DNA of 63,517 bases, the filler included, from Bdellovibrionota bacterium (GTDB lineage: Bacteria; Bdellovibrionota; Bdellovibrionia; Bdellovibrionales; JAEYZS01), in the NCBI GenBank assembly GCA_963169515.1. It is 7 parts of 7 records of this genome, joined end to end, with 100 filler letters (N's around TTAATTAATTAA, not from the genome) between each part and the next. Parts side by side here need not be neighbours in the genome. Positions count along the whole stretch, not along the records: positions 47,712 to 60,256 come from CAUJEF010000007.1; positions 60,357 to 63,517 come from CAUJEF010000017.1; 5 more parts are not named here. The stretch is one strand, 5' to 3'. The notes beneath the pieces are model-generated. The model saw nothing but the letters and a program-made list of their open reading frames with translations. It was not told where the DNA came from and did no database searches. Positions 51,316 through 60,583 of the stretch are shown here, piece by piece; the first letter of the stretch is position 1; each line of letters begins with the position of its first letter. The position numbers and the translations under genes are program-made.

Positions 51316-51346
51316 CAATTGTATATACATGTATATACAATTGCAA
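51316..51346 (-). promoter_or_regulatory. Sigma70 promoter with a perfect 28-bp palindromic operator
   Basis: Minus strand TTGCAA-N17-TACAAT; palindrome CAATTGTATATACATGTATATACAATTG at 51316-51343. Confidence 0.8.
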
Positions 51347-51356
51347 CAGATCTTTT

Positions 51357-52943
51357 CTAAAAAAGGTATTCCAGGCCGCCATTAAGGATGGACGCAGTTT
51401 GGCTTGAGGTTGAGGCATCAATGGGTCGGCTTCCGTCCCCGCTGAATGCGGTTGAAAAGAACGAGAACTCAACGCCGCCTTTGATTCGGGTTCGCGTGCT
51501 CATTTGGTAAATACCATAGAGTGAAAAACGGTTGATGGTATTATCATACGCAGAGCCTGAAGACAGTGGCGTTTCGCGCAAGCTTGTGCCCAAGAACACA
51601 TCAAGAGTTGCCCCCAAATTCCAAACACGATCGTCGGTGAGAGGAACAAATCCGCGAAGGCCGGCAAAAAATCCAGAATATTTTGTTGTTGTGAGAGCAA
51701 TCGGACTTGTGTCGTCTACAAAAGTTGAAAAATTTGTGAAGCCCAAAACTATGCGGATGCTCGGGCCAAAAAAGTCATTATTTTTAAACAAAAAATTATA
51801 TCCGCCGCTAAAAGAGTACGTGGAAGCGCTCAGAGAGAGCTCGCTTGGCGAGGACCCGGCGAGGGGATTGTCTGCGCTCAATACACCTTGCTGTAATTCA
51901 AAATCCATAATCCATTTTTGAGTGAGCCATAATTCTCCATAAACCCTTATGCTTGGAAATAAGCTAGAAGAGGCTTCAAGAGAGGTGCCGTTATTAAGTT
52001 GTGTTTTATAAGAGAATGTTCCGAGGCCCAAACCCACGCCGACTTTACCAAATGTTGCGGGTTTTGATGGCTTCCATTCCTCTGGTCGATCGCCAAAAAT
52101 AGCCTTTTTATTTTGCTCGTCGGAAGCCTGAATGTTTTCCTTTGTTTCGCCTTCATATTTTACAAAATCAACGCCAGAAATTTTAGTGCCTTTTTTAATA
52201 GCCCCGATGCTTTTTTCCGTAATGATTTGTCCGAAAGAAAGGGTGTCATCTGCCTTTGTGATTTTAATTTTCCCCAGAACCTCTTTTTCAGAGCTAATGA
52301 TAAAATTGAATTTAGGATGACGATTTAAGTTTAAAAGAAGAATTGCGGTTATAACCTGATCCTGCTTGATGCCATTTTTTTTGCCCAGATTGACCGTAAC
52401 TCTGTTATCAGTGCGGCTCATAACGATACCGTCGTACGGAATTTGCTTTGTTAACCGTTCTAGCATTTGAGCTGTTTTTTCTTGTATCTGGGTCGTCTCG
52501 TATTGTGGTTGATCCCTTAGTATCTGTTGTGCGATGAGTGTTCCGTCTTTTTTAAGGAACATATCCATGTGAAGAGTTACACCCGTTTGGGATTTATTTG
52601 CGCGCATACAAATAATCGCGTCTGCATCTAGGCCTTCAGAAATACTTTTCACTTGGGCAGGATTGTCTTCAAGGTCTTGTGGAGTAACGAGAGCACCAGA
52701 AAATTTTGAATCGATATAGATATATTGGTGGTTTTTTTCTATGTTTTCTTTCAGGCGCGCCTCTATTGGTCTAGAATAGACGCCGTTTACGTTGTCTGTA
52801 ACGGGCAACACGGCAATTTTTCTAATCGTTAAATTTGCATCGATATCGCTGAGATAGGTAGACGAGTTTTGGACCGTTTGACCCAAAGCCGAAAAGCTAA
52901 AAAATATCGTAAAAACAAGGGTTAAGTGCGTCTTGGTACTCAC
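51357..52943 (-). CDS. Outer-membrane protein with a CsgG/FlgT-like N-terminal region and a C-terminal beta-barrel
   Basis: GTG start at 52943 with signal peptide; KIAVLP; VTVNLG...GIK; ends GLEYLF. Confidence 0.7.
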   Translation of the reverse strand: MSTKTHLTLVFTIFFSFSALGQTVQNSSTYLSDIDANLTIRKIAVLPVTDNVNGVYSRPIEARLKENIEKNHQYIYIDSKFSGALVTPQDLEDNPAQVKSISEGLDADAIICMRANKSQTGVTLHMDMFLKKDGTLIAQQILRDQPQYETTQIQEKTAQMLERLTKQIPYDGIVMSRTDNRVTVNLGKKNGIKQDQVITAILLLNLNRHPKFNFIISSEKEVLGKIKITKADDTLSFGQIITEKSIGAIKKGTKISGVDFVKYEGETKENIQASDEQNKKAIFGDRPEEWKPSKPATFGKVGVGLGLGTFSYKTQLNNGTSLEASSSLFPSIRVYGELWLTQKWIMDFELQQGVLSADNPLAGSSPSELSLSASTYSFSGGYNFLFKNNDFFGPSIRIVLGFTNFSTFVDDTSPIALTTTKYSGFFAGLRGFVPLTDDRVWNLGATLDVFLGTSLRETPLSSGSAYDNTINRFSLYGIYQMSTRTRIKGGVEFSFFSTAFSGDGSRPIDASTSSQTASILNGGLEYLF

Positions 52944-53021
52944 CTTAATAGTAAAGCATTTATCCAATCGACTGGTCAAATCTGGTTCAAGACACAGACT
53001 CTTTTTTCCGATGCAGAAGAC

Positions 53022-54035
53022 GTGAGAAAAGTGTTTTTTCTTTTTATTTTATCGACCTTAGTCTGTGTTGATGCCTCTGCACAACTGGATCCGCTCCTGA
53101 TTGCTCCCTCTGCGGGCACGCCAACAAATCCAGAAGAAGTTGATTCTCGTTATACGATTCGAAATCGACCAGCAAACACGGTAACAAATCCTTTGCCACA
53201 AGTGACACCCACTCCGCCCGCAAGCAAAAAAAATCCACCCAAAAGCGTGAAGGAAGTTGAAGTCGTCGTTCCCTCGCCGACAGCAGTCGTGAATGAACAA
53301 GGTGGTTACGAAGATATTCCTTACGACATAAAGAAAAACTTAGTTGAGGTCCAAACAGAGGCTTTTATCGTCTATAATGACTCAAACAGTTTTTACAAGT
53401 TCCGTGATTACAACACCTTTGCACAAGGGTTAGGAGTCGGGGTAGATGTCTGGGTGACGCCTGATATTGGTATAGAGACTTCGTATAAAACAACAGTTAA
53501 TGCAACAATGAATGGCTTAGACCACTCTACACAATTGAAGTATTCAGAAACGTGGATCGATTTTGCAATTGAAATAAGAAGTGAGTTTGAAGCCGCAAGG
53601 TCGCCATATTTTATCACAAAATTAGGATATTCAGACCATCAGAAAAAAACGCCAATAGACAATGTTGATCGAGCAACACTTAGAACGACGGGCCCAATCA
53701 TAGAGTTTGAAACTTTTCTTCCAACCTCGAATACTCAGGTATGGAATCTGAGTTTAGAAGTTAATCCCTTTCAAACACATAAAGAAAAGGCGGTTGGCGC
53801 AAATTTGGGATCTGGGGATCGAGCAAAAACTTGGCTATGGGGAGTGGGGGTCGGAAGTCGGACGGTTTTTAACCGAAAGTATCAATTTAATTGGAGCCTA
53901 GATTATTCATGTGAAAAAATTGTATTTGATGGAGCTTCAAGGCAGGCCAACCCGTGGCCCGGAACGACTTTGACAGATGTTTCAATCATGAACTCACTAT
54001 TATTTTTTAATATTGGTTTTGTCTGGGGGGGTTAG
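53022..54035 (+). CDS. Outer-membrane beta-barrel with a Pro-rich N-terminal linker
   Basis: GTG start at 53022 gives the signal peptide MRKVFFLFILSTLVCVDASA; ends IGFVWGG. Confidence 0.7.
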   Translation: MRKVFFLFILSTLVCVDASAQLDPLLIAPSAGTPTNPEEVDSRYTIRNRPANTVTNPLPQVTPTPPASKKNPPKSVKEVEVVVPSPTAVVNEQGGYEDIPYDIKKNLVEVQTEAFIVYNDSNSFYKFRDYNTFAQGLGVGVDVWVTPDIGIETSYKTTVNATMNGLDHSTQLKYSETWIDFAIEIRSEFEAARSPYFITKLGYSDHQKKTPIDNVDRATLRTTGPIIEFETFLPTSNTQVWNLSLEVNPFQTHKEKAVGANLGSGDRAKTWLWGVGVGSRTVFNRKYQFNWSLDYSCEKIVFDGASRQANPWPGTTLTDVSIMNSLLFFNIGFVWGG

Positions 54036-54665
54036 TTTTCTCTGCATCCGTGGTTTTACAAGCTTGAAATAAACAACAATACTAATGCCAATTAAAATGA
54101 GTGAGCTGATAACAACATTGATATCTTTTGCAAGCTCAATAGCGTCGTCTATATTTTCGCCAAACCAATAACCCAAATATACCCAGACAGGAACGCTGAG
54201 CAAAGCAGCAAGTCCGTCTTGAATGATAAAAGTTCGAAAAGGCACTTTCAAAATACCTGAGGTGAGATAGATGGGCGCTCGAAGCCCAGGCATAAAGCGA
54301 GCAGAAAAACATATTTTTTTTGCATGAGTTTGAATAGCAATTTCGGATCTCTGAATACGTTCAGGAGTAAAAACCGAGCTAAAGCCTGGCCACTTGAAAA
54401 CCTTTCGTCCAAACTTTGCACCGATAAAAAATAAAAGGGTGTCCCCAACAAGTACCCCCAAAAAACCACTGATCATTGCCCCGACAAGCGTGATCTGACT
54501 CATCGAAGCCAAGATTCCCGCAGAAATTAAAGTTATGTCTTCCGGTATAGGGATTCCAACACCACAAACAAATAATACGCCCAAAATCAAAGCATAGGCT
54601 TCGAAACCAGAGAGTTCCGTAAAAAACTCAATAATTTTGTACGCTATTGAAGGCGAGTTCTCCAT
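54000..54665 (-). CDS. DedA family membrane protein
   Basis: GIPIPED, GD.LLF.IG and ARFMPGLR; likely start at 54665. Confidence 0.92.
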   Translation of the reverse strand: MENSPSIAYKIIEFFTELSGFEAYALILGVLFVCGVGIPIPEDITLISAGILASMSQITLVGAMISGFLGVLVGDTLLFFIGAKFGRKVFKWPGFSSVFTPERIQRSEIAIQTHAKKICFSARFMPGLRAPIYLTSGILKVPFRTFIIQDGLAALLSVPVWVYLGYWFGENIDDAIELAKDINVVISSLILIGISIVVYFKLVKPRMQRKLTPPDKTNIKK

Positions 54666-54720
54666 CGAGGGTTCATTATCCGTTTGGGATTTGGTGTTAA
54701 GCAAGGCTATAATAAGCTCT

Positions 54721-55089
54721 ATGAGCATGAAAGTTCTCATTGTAGATGACGCCGCGTTTATCAGAGAGGTACTGGCGCAGTTGCTATCAAAACATGGATT
54801 TGAGGTGGCCGGTGAGGCCGTAAACGGTGCGGAAGCCATCGAAATGGCTCGATCCATCCAGCCAGATATTATTGTTATGGATATTGTAATGCCTGAAAAA
54901 AGTGGAATCCAGGCGACACAAGAAATTTTAGCCGAATTTCCGCAGATCAAAATTGTCGCATGTTCAACAGAGGGCAGCGAGGCCATGGTGACAAAGGCGC
55001 TTGAGGCAGGCTGTTGTGATTTTATTGTGAAGCCGTTTAAAATTGAAAATGTCGTGAGTACTCTAAAATCTGCAGGGGGAGAAACATGA
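54721..55089 (+). CDS. CheY-like single-domain response regulator
   Basis: LIVDD, MDIVMP and KPF. Confidence 0.92.
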   Translation: MSMKVLIVDDAAFIREVLAQLLSKHGFEVAGEAVNGAEAIEMARSIQPDIIVMDIVMPEKSGIQATQEILAEFPQIKIVACSTEGSEAMVTKALEAGCCDFIVKPFKIENVVSTLKSAGGET

Positions 55090-55415
55090 GTGAGTTTTTT
55101 TATGTTGTGAAAATTGCCGTAGCAACAGTTGTTTTTATTATTATAATGCAGACGCAATGGGGCAATAAGCCGTTGGAAGGCCATCTTGTTACATGGATTC
55201 GCACATCTTCAATGATCGAGCCTGTCCGCGATTTTTCCGAGCGGGGGGCGGTTATAGTGAGAAAGACTTATAGAAATGTTACAGCATTTATTGACTCAAA
55301 ATTGAAATCAAATGCAAGGTCTTCAAACCGTAAATCGATATTTAATCTTAAGCGCGACGCAAGTGTGGAAGATGCAAAAGACTTGGAAACAGACGAATCT
55401 CAGGCGGGACTCTAA
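55086..55415 (+). CDS. Small single-TM hypothetical protein
   Basis: ATGA overlap with the upstream gene; hydrophobic N-terminus. Confidence 0.75.
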   Translation: MSEFFYVVKIAVATVVFIIIMQTQWGNKPLEGHLVTWIRTSSMIEPVRDFSERGAVIVRKTYRNVTAFIDSKLKSNARSSNRKSIFNLKRDASVEDAKDLETDESQAGL

Positions 55416-55418
55416 AAA

Positions 55419-55625
55419 CTACTGCTTGCCTTTTGAGTTCGATTTATTGTCGTGGCCTTCGCCTTTAGAAGGAGCATATGGACGGGGTTCCTTGTCCGTT
55501 AGCGTTCCGTTATAAGTTTGTGCGTTCTTGGGACAGTCTTCGGTCGGATTGCTTTTGAAGTCAGCCGCGCCAAAAGATGTCGAACTCAACAAGGTTACCA
55601 ACGTCATTATGTATAGAGCTTTCAT
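55419..55625 (-). CDS. Small secreted low-complexity protein (hit/Bd0108-like candidate 2)
   Basis: AAAGGA RBS; signal peptide; polar tail ending KGKQ. Confidence 0.7.
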   Translation of the reverse strand: MKALYIMTLVTLLSSTSFGAADFKSNPTEDCPKNAQTYNGTLTDKEPRPYAPSKGEGHDNKSNSKGKQ

Positions 55626-55656
55626 ACAAATTCCTTTGTTACTTATTGTCCTATAG

Positions 55657-55759
55657 TGCGAGGGCTATGCCAATATATCAATTTAAAATCCATCTGTATG
55701 TCCAATCATATCAATAGCTTATGCCCACTGTCTCAAAATGAGACGTCTAAAAAATAGAC
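55657..55759 (-). promoter_or_regulatory. Sigma54 promoter with an IHF site and tandem upstream palindromes
   Basis: TGGCATAGCCCTCGCA (GG-N10-GC) at 55672-55657; TATCAATAGCTTA at 55709-55721; palindromes at 55730-55744 and 55745-55759. Confidence 0.65.
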
Positions 55760-55780
55760 GTCTGCAGAACAAAAAAGGTC

Positions 55781-56059
55781 TTATTTTTGGCCCGATCTCG
55801 CGGCGCCTGGAGAGTGTCTTTTTTCTTCGCTAGGAGCTTTTGTTTCTTTCCCCTCAAGAGTAAGTACGGGTTTCCCATAGGCATTGAAGTCTTCTAACTG
55901 ACTTGCGCCCTTATTATTTGTGAAGCCTTCGGTTAAAGTTTCGCTAGAAACCTCATCAGTTTCAGTGGATTCATTTTCAGAGATTTCCGTCTCCTCGTGC
56001 TTTGAGTGTCCGGCTACGGGGAGAGCTACAAATAAAAAAATGAAAATAAAAAACTTCAA
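55781..56059 (-). CDS. Small secreted acidic, probably disordered protein (hit/Bd0108-like candidate 1)
   Basis: Signal peptide; E/S/T-rich; starts 1 bp after the RHS gene. Confidence 0.7.
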   Translation of the reverse strand: MKFFIFIFLFVALPVAGHSKHEETEISENESTETDEVSSETLTEGFTNNKGASQLEDFNAYGKPVLTLEGKETKAPSEEKRHSPGAARSGQK

Positions 56060-56060
56060 G

Positions 56061-57686
56061 TTATATTCCTAAATTAATTCCAGCCGGAGCTACGATTTCA
56101 AGCAGGTTATTAAATGCGCTGGCCACCTGGACGGCAACGGTTGTATCGCCATCCTTGCTTTTTACGTCGTCAATTTCGCCATTTGTTTTATAGGTTACAA
56201 GAATGGTTCCAACCCCAGGGCGCTCCACTAATTTTGGTTTATTATATCGCTCATCGTATTCAATTTTAATAAGCCTCCGGGCTTGATCGTTTATGCTGGT
56301 GATGCGACCTTTTCCATCATAGGCGAGTCGCACAATTTGACCTGATGTGCTGGTTGCTTTTACCAAGTTTCCAGACTTATCGTATTCGAATTTTGTTTTA
56401 CTCTTGCCCTCTGTAATTTCAGAAACTTTGTTAAAGCGCCAGTCATAATCATAAAAAATAATCTTGTCGCCTGTTTTTTGTGATTTTAAAAAGCTATTTG
56501 AGTGGTATGTGTATGTTGTGGTTTTTCCATCGCGAGTAACGGAAGTCGGCCGGGCAAAAATTTCGTGATAATTAATGTCTGTTTTTACGCCGTTAACTTC
56601 GGAATACAGGCGCGCAAGATATTTGGGGCCACCGCCGGCTCTTTTTTTGAACCAAAATTCAAACTTACTTTGGGTTACAATTTTGTTTGCACATTTTTTT
56701 GTAACAATCGAAGAGTAATTGTTTTGTGGATCGTTCTTTGAAAGAACATAGTCGTATCGCTCTTCACAGCCCTCGCGATCCACAAGCGCCACAACCCAGT
56801 CTTTATCAGTGTTGTAGCGCAGCGTTTTTGAGGTTTTGTCAGGATAAGAAATTTTTGTAAGGTTGTGCAATGAATCGTAAGCGTACTGAAATATTTCGTT
56901 CGGAGCCGTTTTTGCGTAAACAAGGTCTGAGATTTTCTCATACCGATAGCTCATGTCGATCCCACGAGGACCCTTGATGCCTGAAACTTTGCCGTGAGCA
57001 TCATAGCTAAATGATAATTTTTGACCATCATTTGTCGTGATTGTGCTGATTTTGTTGTCGCGGTATTCGACGGTGATAAAGTTTCCCTTTGAATCTGAAA
57101 TGCCGACAAGGCGCCCCTGCAAGTCGTACTTTTGCGTGTTTCCATCAGATAAAATACGTTCGTAATAATCTCTTCGTAGAGTAATTTTATCTGAGCTTTC
57201 ATCCTCTGCATAAAGGATGGTACCTTTTTTTAAATCTGACTTTATATTATATATCTTTGCCTCGGCCTCTCGACGATCCGGATCTTTTCGAAGCTCTTCT
57301 CGTAAACGACGAAGCTCGCCGTCGCTGCTTGTAGGATTACCTTTTTTCACGGCTAAAAGTATTTTCTCAACGGCCGAATCCACGTCGGTCAAATTGTATG
57401 TCTTTGTAGAATAATTAACTTCCAGCCCCGCTCCGCACTCGGTTCTTTTGACGCGGTTGTCGGGAAGAATGGTTAAAGCTGTTTCAAAATTTGAACACCA
57501 ACCAAAGCCGAACATTCCATTATAAAGCGTGCGACTATTATAAGTTCTGACGATTTTTAAATTAAATCCGCCGCTTTGAAGATCAACGTCAGTCCACGTG
57601 TCTGTGAAATTGGCGTTTTGCATATCGACCATGGCATAAGTTTGTAGGCACAAAAATAGGGTCAAGAAAAAGGAAACAAATTTCAT
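56061..57686 (-). CDS. Secreted YD/RHS-repeat protein without a toxin tip (Bd0109-like)
   Basis: Signal peptide; RTYNS...GMFGFGW (DUF6531-like); many YD..G repeats. Confidence 0.88.
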   Translation of the reverse strand: MKFVSFFLTLFLCLQTYAMVDMQNANFTDTWTDVDLQSGGFNLKIVRTYNSRTLYNGMFGFGWCSNFETALTILPDNRVKRTECGAGLEVNYSTKTYNLTDVDSAVEKILLAVKKGNPTSSDGELRRLREELRKDPDRREAEAKIYNIKSDLKKGTILYAEDESSDKITLRRDYYERILSDGNTQKYDLQGRLVGISDSKGNFITVEYRDNKISTITTNDGQKLSFSYDAHGKVSGIKGPRGIDMSYRYEKISDLVYAKTAPNEIFQYAYDSLHNLTKISYPDKTSKTLRYNTDKDWVVALVDREGCEERYDYVLSKNDPQNNYSSIVTKKCANKIVTQSKFEFWFKKRAGGGPKYLARLYSEVNGVKTDINYHEIFARPTSVTRDGKTTTYTYHSNSFLKSQKTGDKIIFYDYDWRFNKVSEITEGKSKTKFEYDKSGNLVKATSTSGQIVRLAYDGKGRITSINDQARRLIKIEYDERYNKPKLVERPGVGTILVTYKTNGEIDDVKSKDGDTTVAVQVASAFNNLLEIVAPAGINLGI

Positions 57687-57715
57687 GTCGAAGCACTCCT
57701 TTGCATTCGCTAGAA

Positions 57716-58591
57716 TTATACTTTTATTCTAACAATCTTTCGTATCATTAATCCACCCATCAGTTGTAAAAATAGCATTACGATGAGCATGATGATTCCC
57801 CAGACTGTCGTGAACAAGGGTTTCACAAAACCTGGATCAATGACCAGGAAAACAAGCAACAACAAGAACGGAACGCACGTTATAATTACCCCCTGGGTTA
57901 CCCCTTGGGCCGTGAGGGCCTCTATTTTTTTCTGAATTTTTTGTCGTTCACGTAAGGTTTCGACCATGGTCGAGAAAGTCTCGGCCATGTTACCGCCTGT
58001 TTCTTTCAAAATGTTAATGGCAGTAACAAACATAGCGACGTCTTGAATGGGAATTCTATTTCCAAGGCCAATAAGGGCCTCTTCGACACTCAAGCCAAGC
58101 TTGATTTGTGACAATACAAGTGCAAATTCCTGTTTGATCGGTGATGGCATATTGTCTGTAATGCGCTCCATGGATTGGGGCACGCTCAACCCACTACGGA
58201 TACCGTTTGCCATAATTGTTAAACCTTCAACCATCTGGGCACCAAATTGACTGCACCGTTTTTCAAATAAAGCATCAACCACAAATTTTGGAACTTGCCA
58301 CCCGCCATAGGTCACGATTGCGGCAACAAAAAAGCCAAGAAGTACATTGGGAAGCAGTAATAAGAAGAATAAAATTCCAAGACCGAAGCTCATCAAAAGC
58401 ATCGTAATTGTCACTTTTTTTCGGTCTACTTCTACGAACATACTTTCGAGTTTTTCAATGACGTATTGGCGGCTGCCGAGGCTTTTGTCGTAAAGCCAAT
58501 TAATAATTCGATCGGCCCAAACCATGGATAAAGCAAAAACTATAACGCCAAAAAGAACCATGAACACAATGTCATTTGCAAATATGCTCAT
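57716..58591 (-). CDS. tadB: Tad pilus platform protein (T2SSF family)
   Basis: RSGLS and ETGGNMAE; TM helices; follows tadA. Confidence 0.88.
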   Translation of the reverse strand: MSIFANDIVFMVLFGVIVFALSMVWADRIINWLYDKSLGSRQYVIEKLESMFVEVDRKKVTITMLLMSFGLGILFFLLLLPNVLLGFFVAAIVTYGGWQVPKFVVDALFEKRCSQFGAQMVEGLTIMANGIRSGLSVPQSMERITDNMPSPIKQEFALVLSQIKLGLSVEEALIGLGNRIPIQDVAMFVTAINILKETGGNMAETFSTMVETLRERQKIQKKIEALTAQGVTQGVIITCVPFLLLLVFLVIDPGFVKPLFTTVWGIIMLIVMLFLQLMGGLMIRKIVRIKV

Positions 58592-60256
58592 GCGCCTTCC
58601 TTTTTAATCTGCGGTTGTTTCAGGCCTTCGTTTGAAAAAAGTGAGCGTGGAATTTTGATTCCCTTTCTTTCAAAACGCTCAATAAAGGTTGGGATCAATC
58701 CTGTTGAGACAAAATTCCCAATAATTTTTCTGTTTTTATCAAAGCCCTCTTCTTTAAACTTAAAAACTTCTTGTAACGTGATGGTTTCGCCCTGAATATC
58801 AACAACCTCTGTTATACTCGTGACTCGCCTGCTGCCATCAGACAAACGAGAAATTTGAATTATCAAATCCATTGCGCCAGCGATTTGCTCTCGGATTGCT
58901 TTTACAGGCAAATCCATCCCTGCCATTAAGCAGAGGGTTTCAATTCGACTGATTGCTTCGCGTGGGCTGTTTGAATGCACAGTCGTCATCGATCCATCAT
59001 GACCTGTATTCATTGCAGAAAGCATATCGAGAGCTTCCCCGCCACGACATTCCCCGACGATGATACGGTCAGGGCGCATACGAAGAGAGTTCCGGACAAG
59101 ATCGCGAATGGTAATGGCCCCCGTACCTTCCATATTTGCAGGGCGTGTTTCCATCCGAACGACGTGTTCCTGTTTCAGTTGGAGCTCGGCAGCGTCTTCA
59201 ACAGTCACGATACGTTCTGTTGAAGGGATAAAACTTGAAAGCACATTTAGGAGCGTTGTCTTACCTGATCCCGTACCGCCCGATACGACAACATTGAGCC
59301 CGTTTTCGACACAAATTCTTAAAAAATCGATCATCGAATCTGTAAGGGTTCCCCACTCAACATAGTTTTTTGTTGTAATGGGCTTTTTTGCAAACTTTCT
59401 AATCGTAAGGGATGGGCCGTCTATGGCAACGGGTTCTATAACGGCATTGACCCGACTTCCATCCTTCAGTCGCGCGTCCACATAAGGATTTTTTTCATCG
59501 ATTCGTCGACCGAGTGGGGTCACAATTCGTTCGATCACGTTTCTCAGGTGTAGGTTTGATGTAAAGGTGATTGGACTCAGCGTAAGCTTACCACCGCGCT
59601 CAATGAAAACTTTGTCAGAACCATTAACCATAATTTCAGAAACGGCATCCTCAGCCAAAAGCGCTTCTAATGGTCCAAGACCAAGAGCCTCATCGAGCAC
59701 CTCTTTAATGATTTGTGCACGTTCATCGCGAGGCAATCCAGCTTGAACGCGATCAATGATTTGTGAAATTGCCTGTTGGGTCTTGATATGAAGGGCCTTT
59801 TCCTTTTCCGGATCGCCATTTGTTTCTGTAATACCCTTTTTTAAGTTCATCGTGTTTATCAGTTCTCGATGAATTTGTTCTTTTAAAATATTTCGTGGAT
59901 TAGTTCGGCGTGGTGGGCCGCCCTTTGCCATTGTGGACGCCGCTTGAGTCGTTGCGATTGTCATTTCCGCGGGACCCGTGACCCCCTTCATTCCAATTGG
60001 GCGGGCAATGGATTTTAATTTGTCCAAATTTCCGCCATTTGTGAGTGTGCGAATAATCTCATGATAATTTTGGGTAATCATGCTTTGCGGACTAGAGTGG
60101 GCAAATGGAGTTCCGGACTGCAAAGCCATGGCATTTAAATTGTCATCTTGGACGATCGCTCCGAGCACAGGCTTTTTCAAAGTTTGCGAAATGGCTTGTG
60201 GAGAAATTCCAAGTTGGCTTACCTTATTTATAACAACATGGATTAGATCGGTGGGT
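58588..60256 (-). CDS. tadA: TadA/CpaF pilus ATPase with an N-terminal CpaE/TadZ-like extension, 5'-truncated
   Basis: GGTGSGKTT, RMRPDRIIVGECRG and MNTGH; frame open to the contig end via VVINK. Confidence 0.93.
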
Positions 60257-60356
60257 NNNNNNNNNNNNNNNNNNNNNNNNNNNNNNNNNNNNNNNNNNNN
60301 TTAATTAATTAANNNNNNNNNNNNNNNNNNNNNNNNNNNNNNNNNNNNNNNNNNNN
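60257..60356. other. Artificial contig linker
   Basis: Same pattern. Confidence 0.99.
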
Positions 60357-60583
60357 TAAAAGACCATATCGAGCTCTATGTTTACTATCACAATCATGTG
60401 CTTTTAGAAAAGACAGCATAAAGGGTCCCTGTTCTTAGGAATCCAGAAAACGCTTGCCATTTATGGCGAGCGCCATAGGTTTGGCCACGGATGGCCAAAT
60501 TTTCGGGATTCAAAGACAGGATGTCTTAGTTCTTTTGGTTCAAATTGACCTTTTTCCAACAATCATGTGAGCCAGTTTTAAAA

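Noticed and set aside
54666..55184. N-terminal extension of the 394-aa ORF 54000-55184
   Set aside because: It is the antisense shadow of the response regulator; DedA similarity starts near 54665.
56061..57686. RHS protein as a polymorphic toxin with immunity gene
   Set aside because: No DPxG core end or toxin tip. The Sec signal and tad context fit a Bd0109-like structural role.
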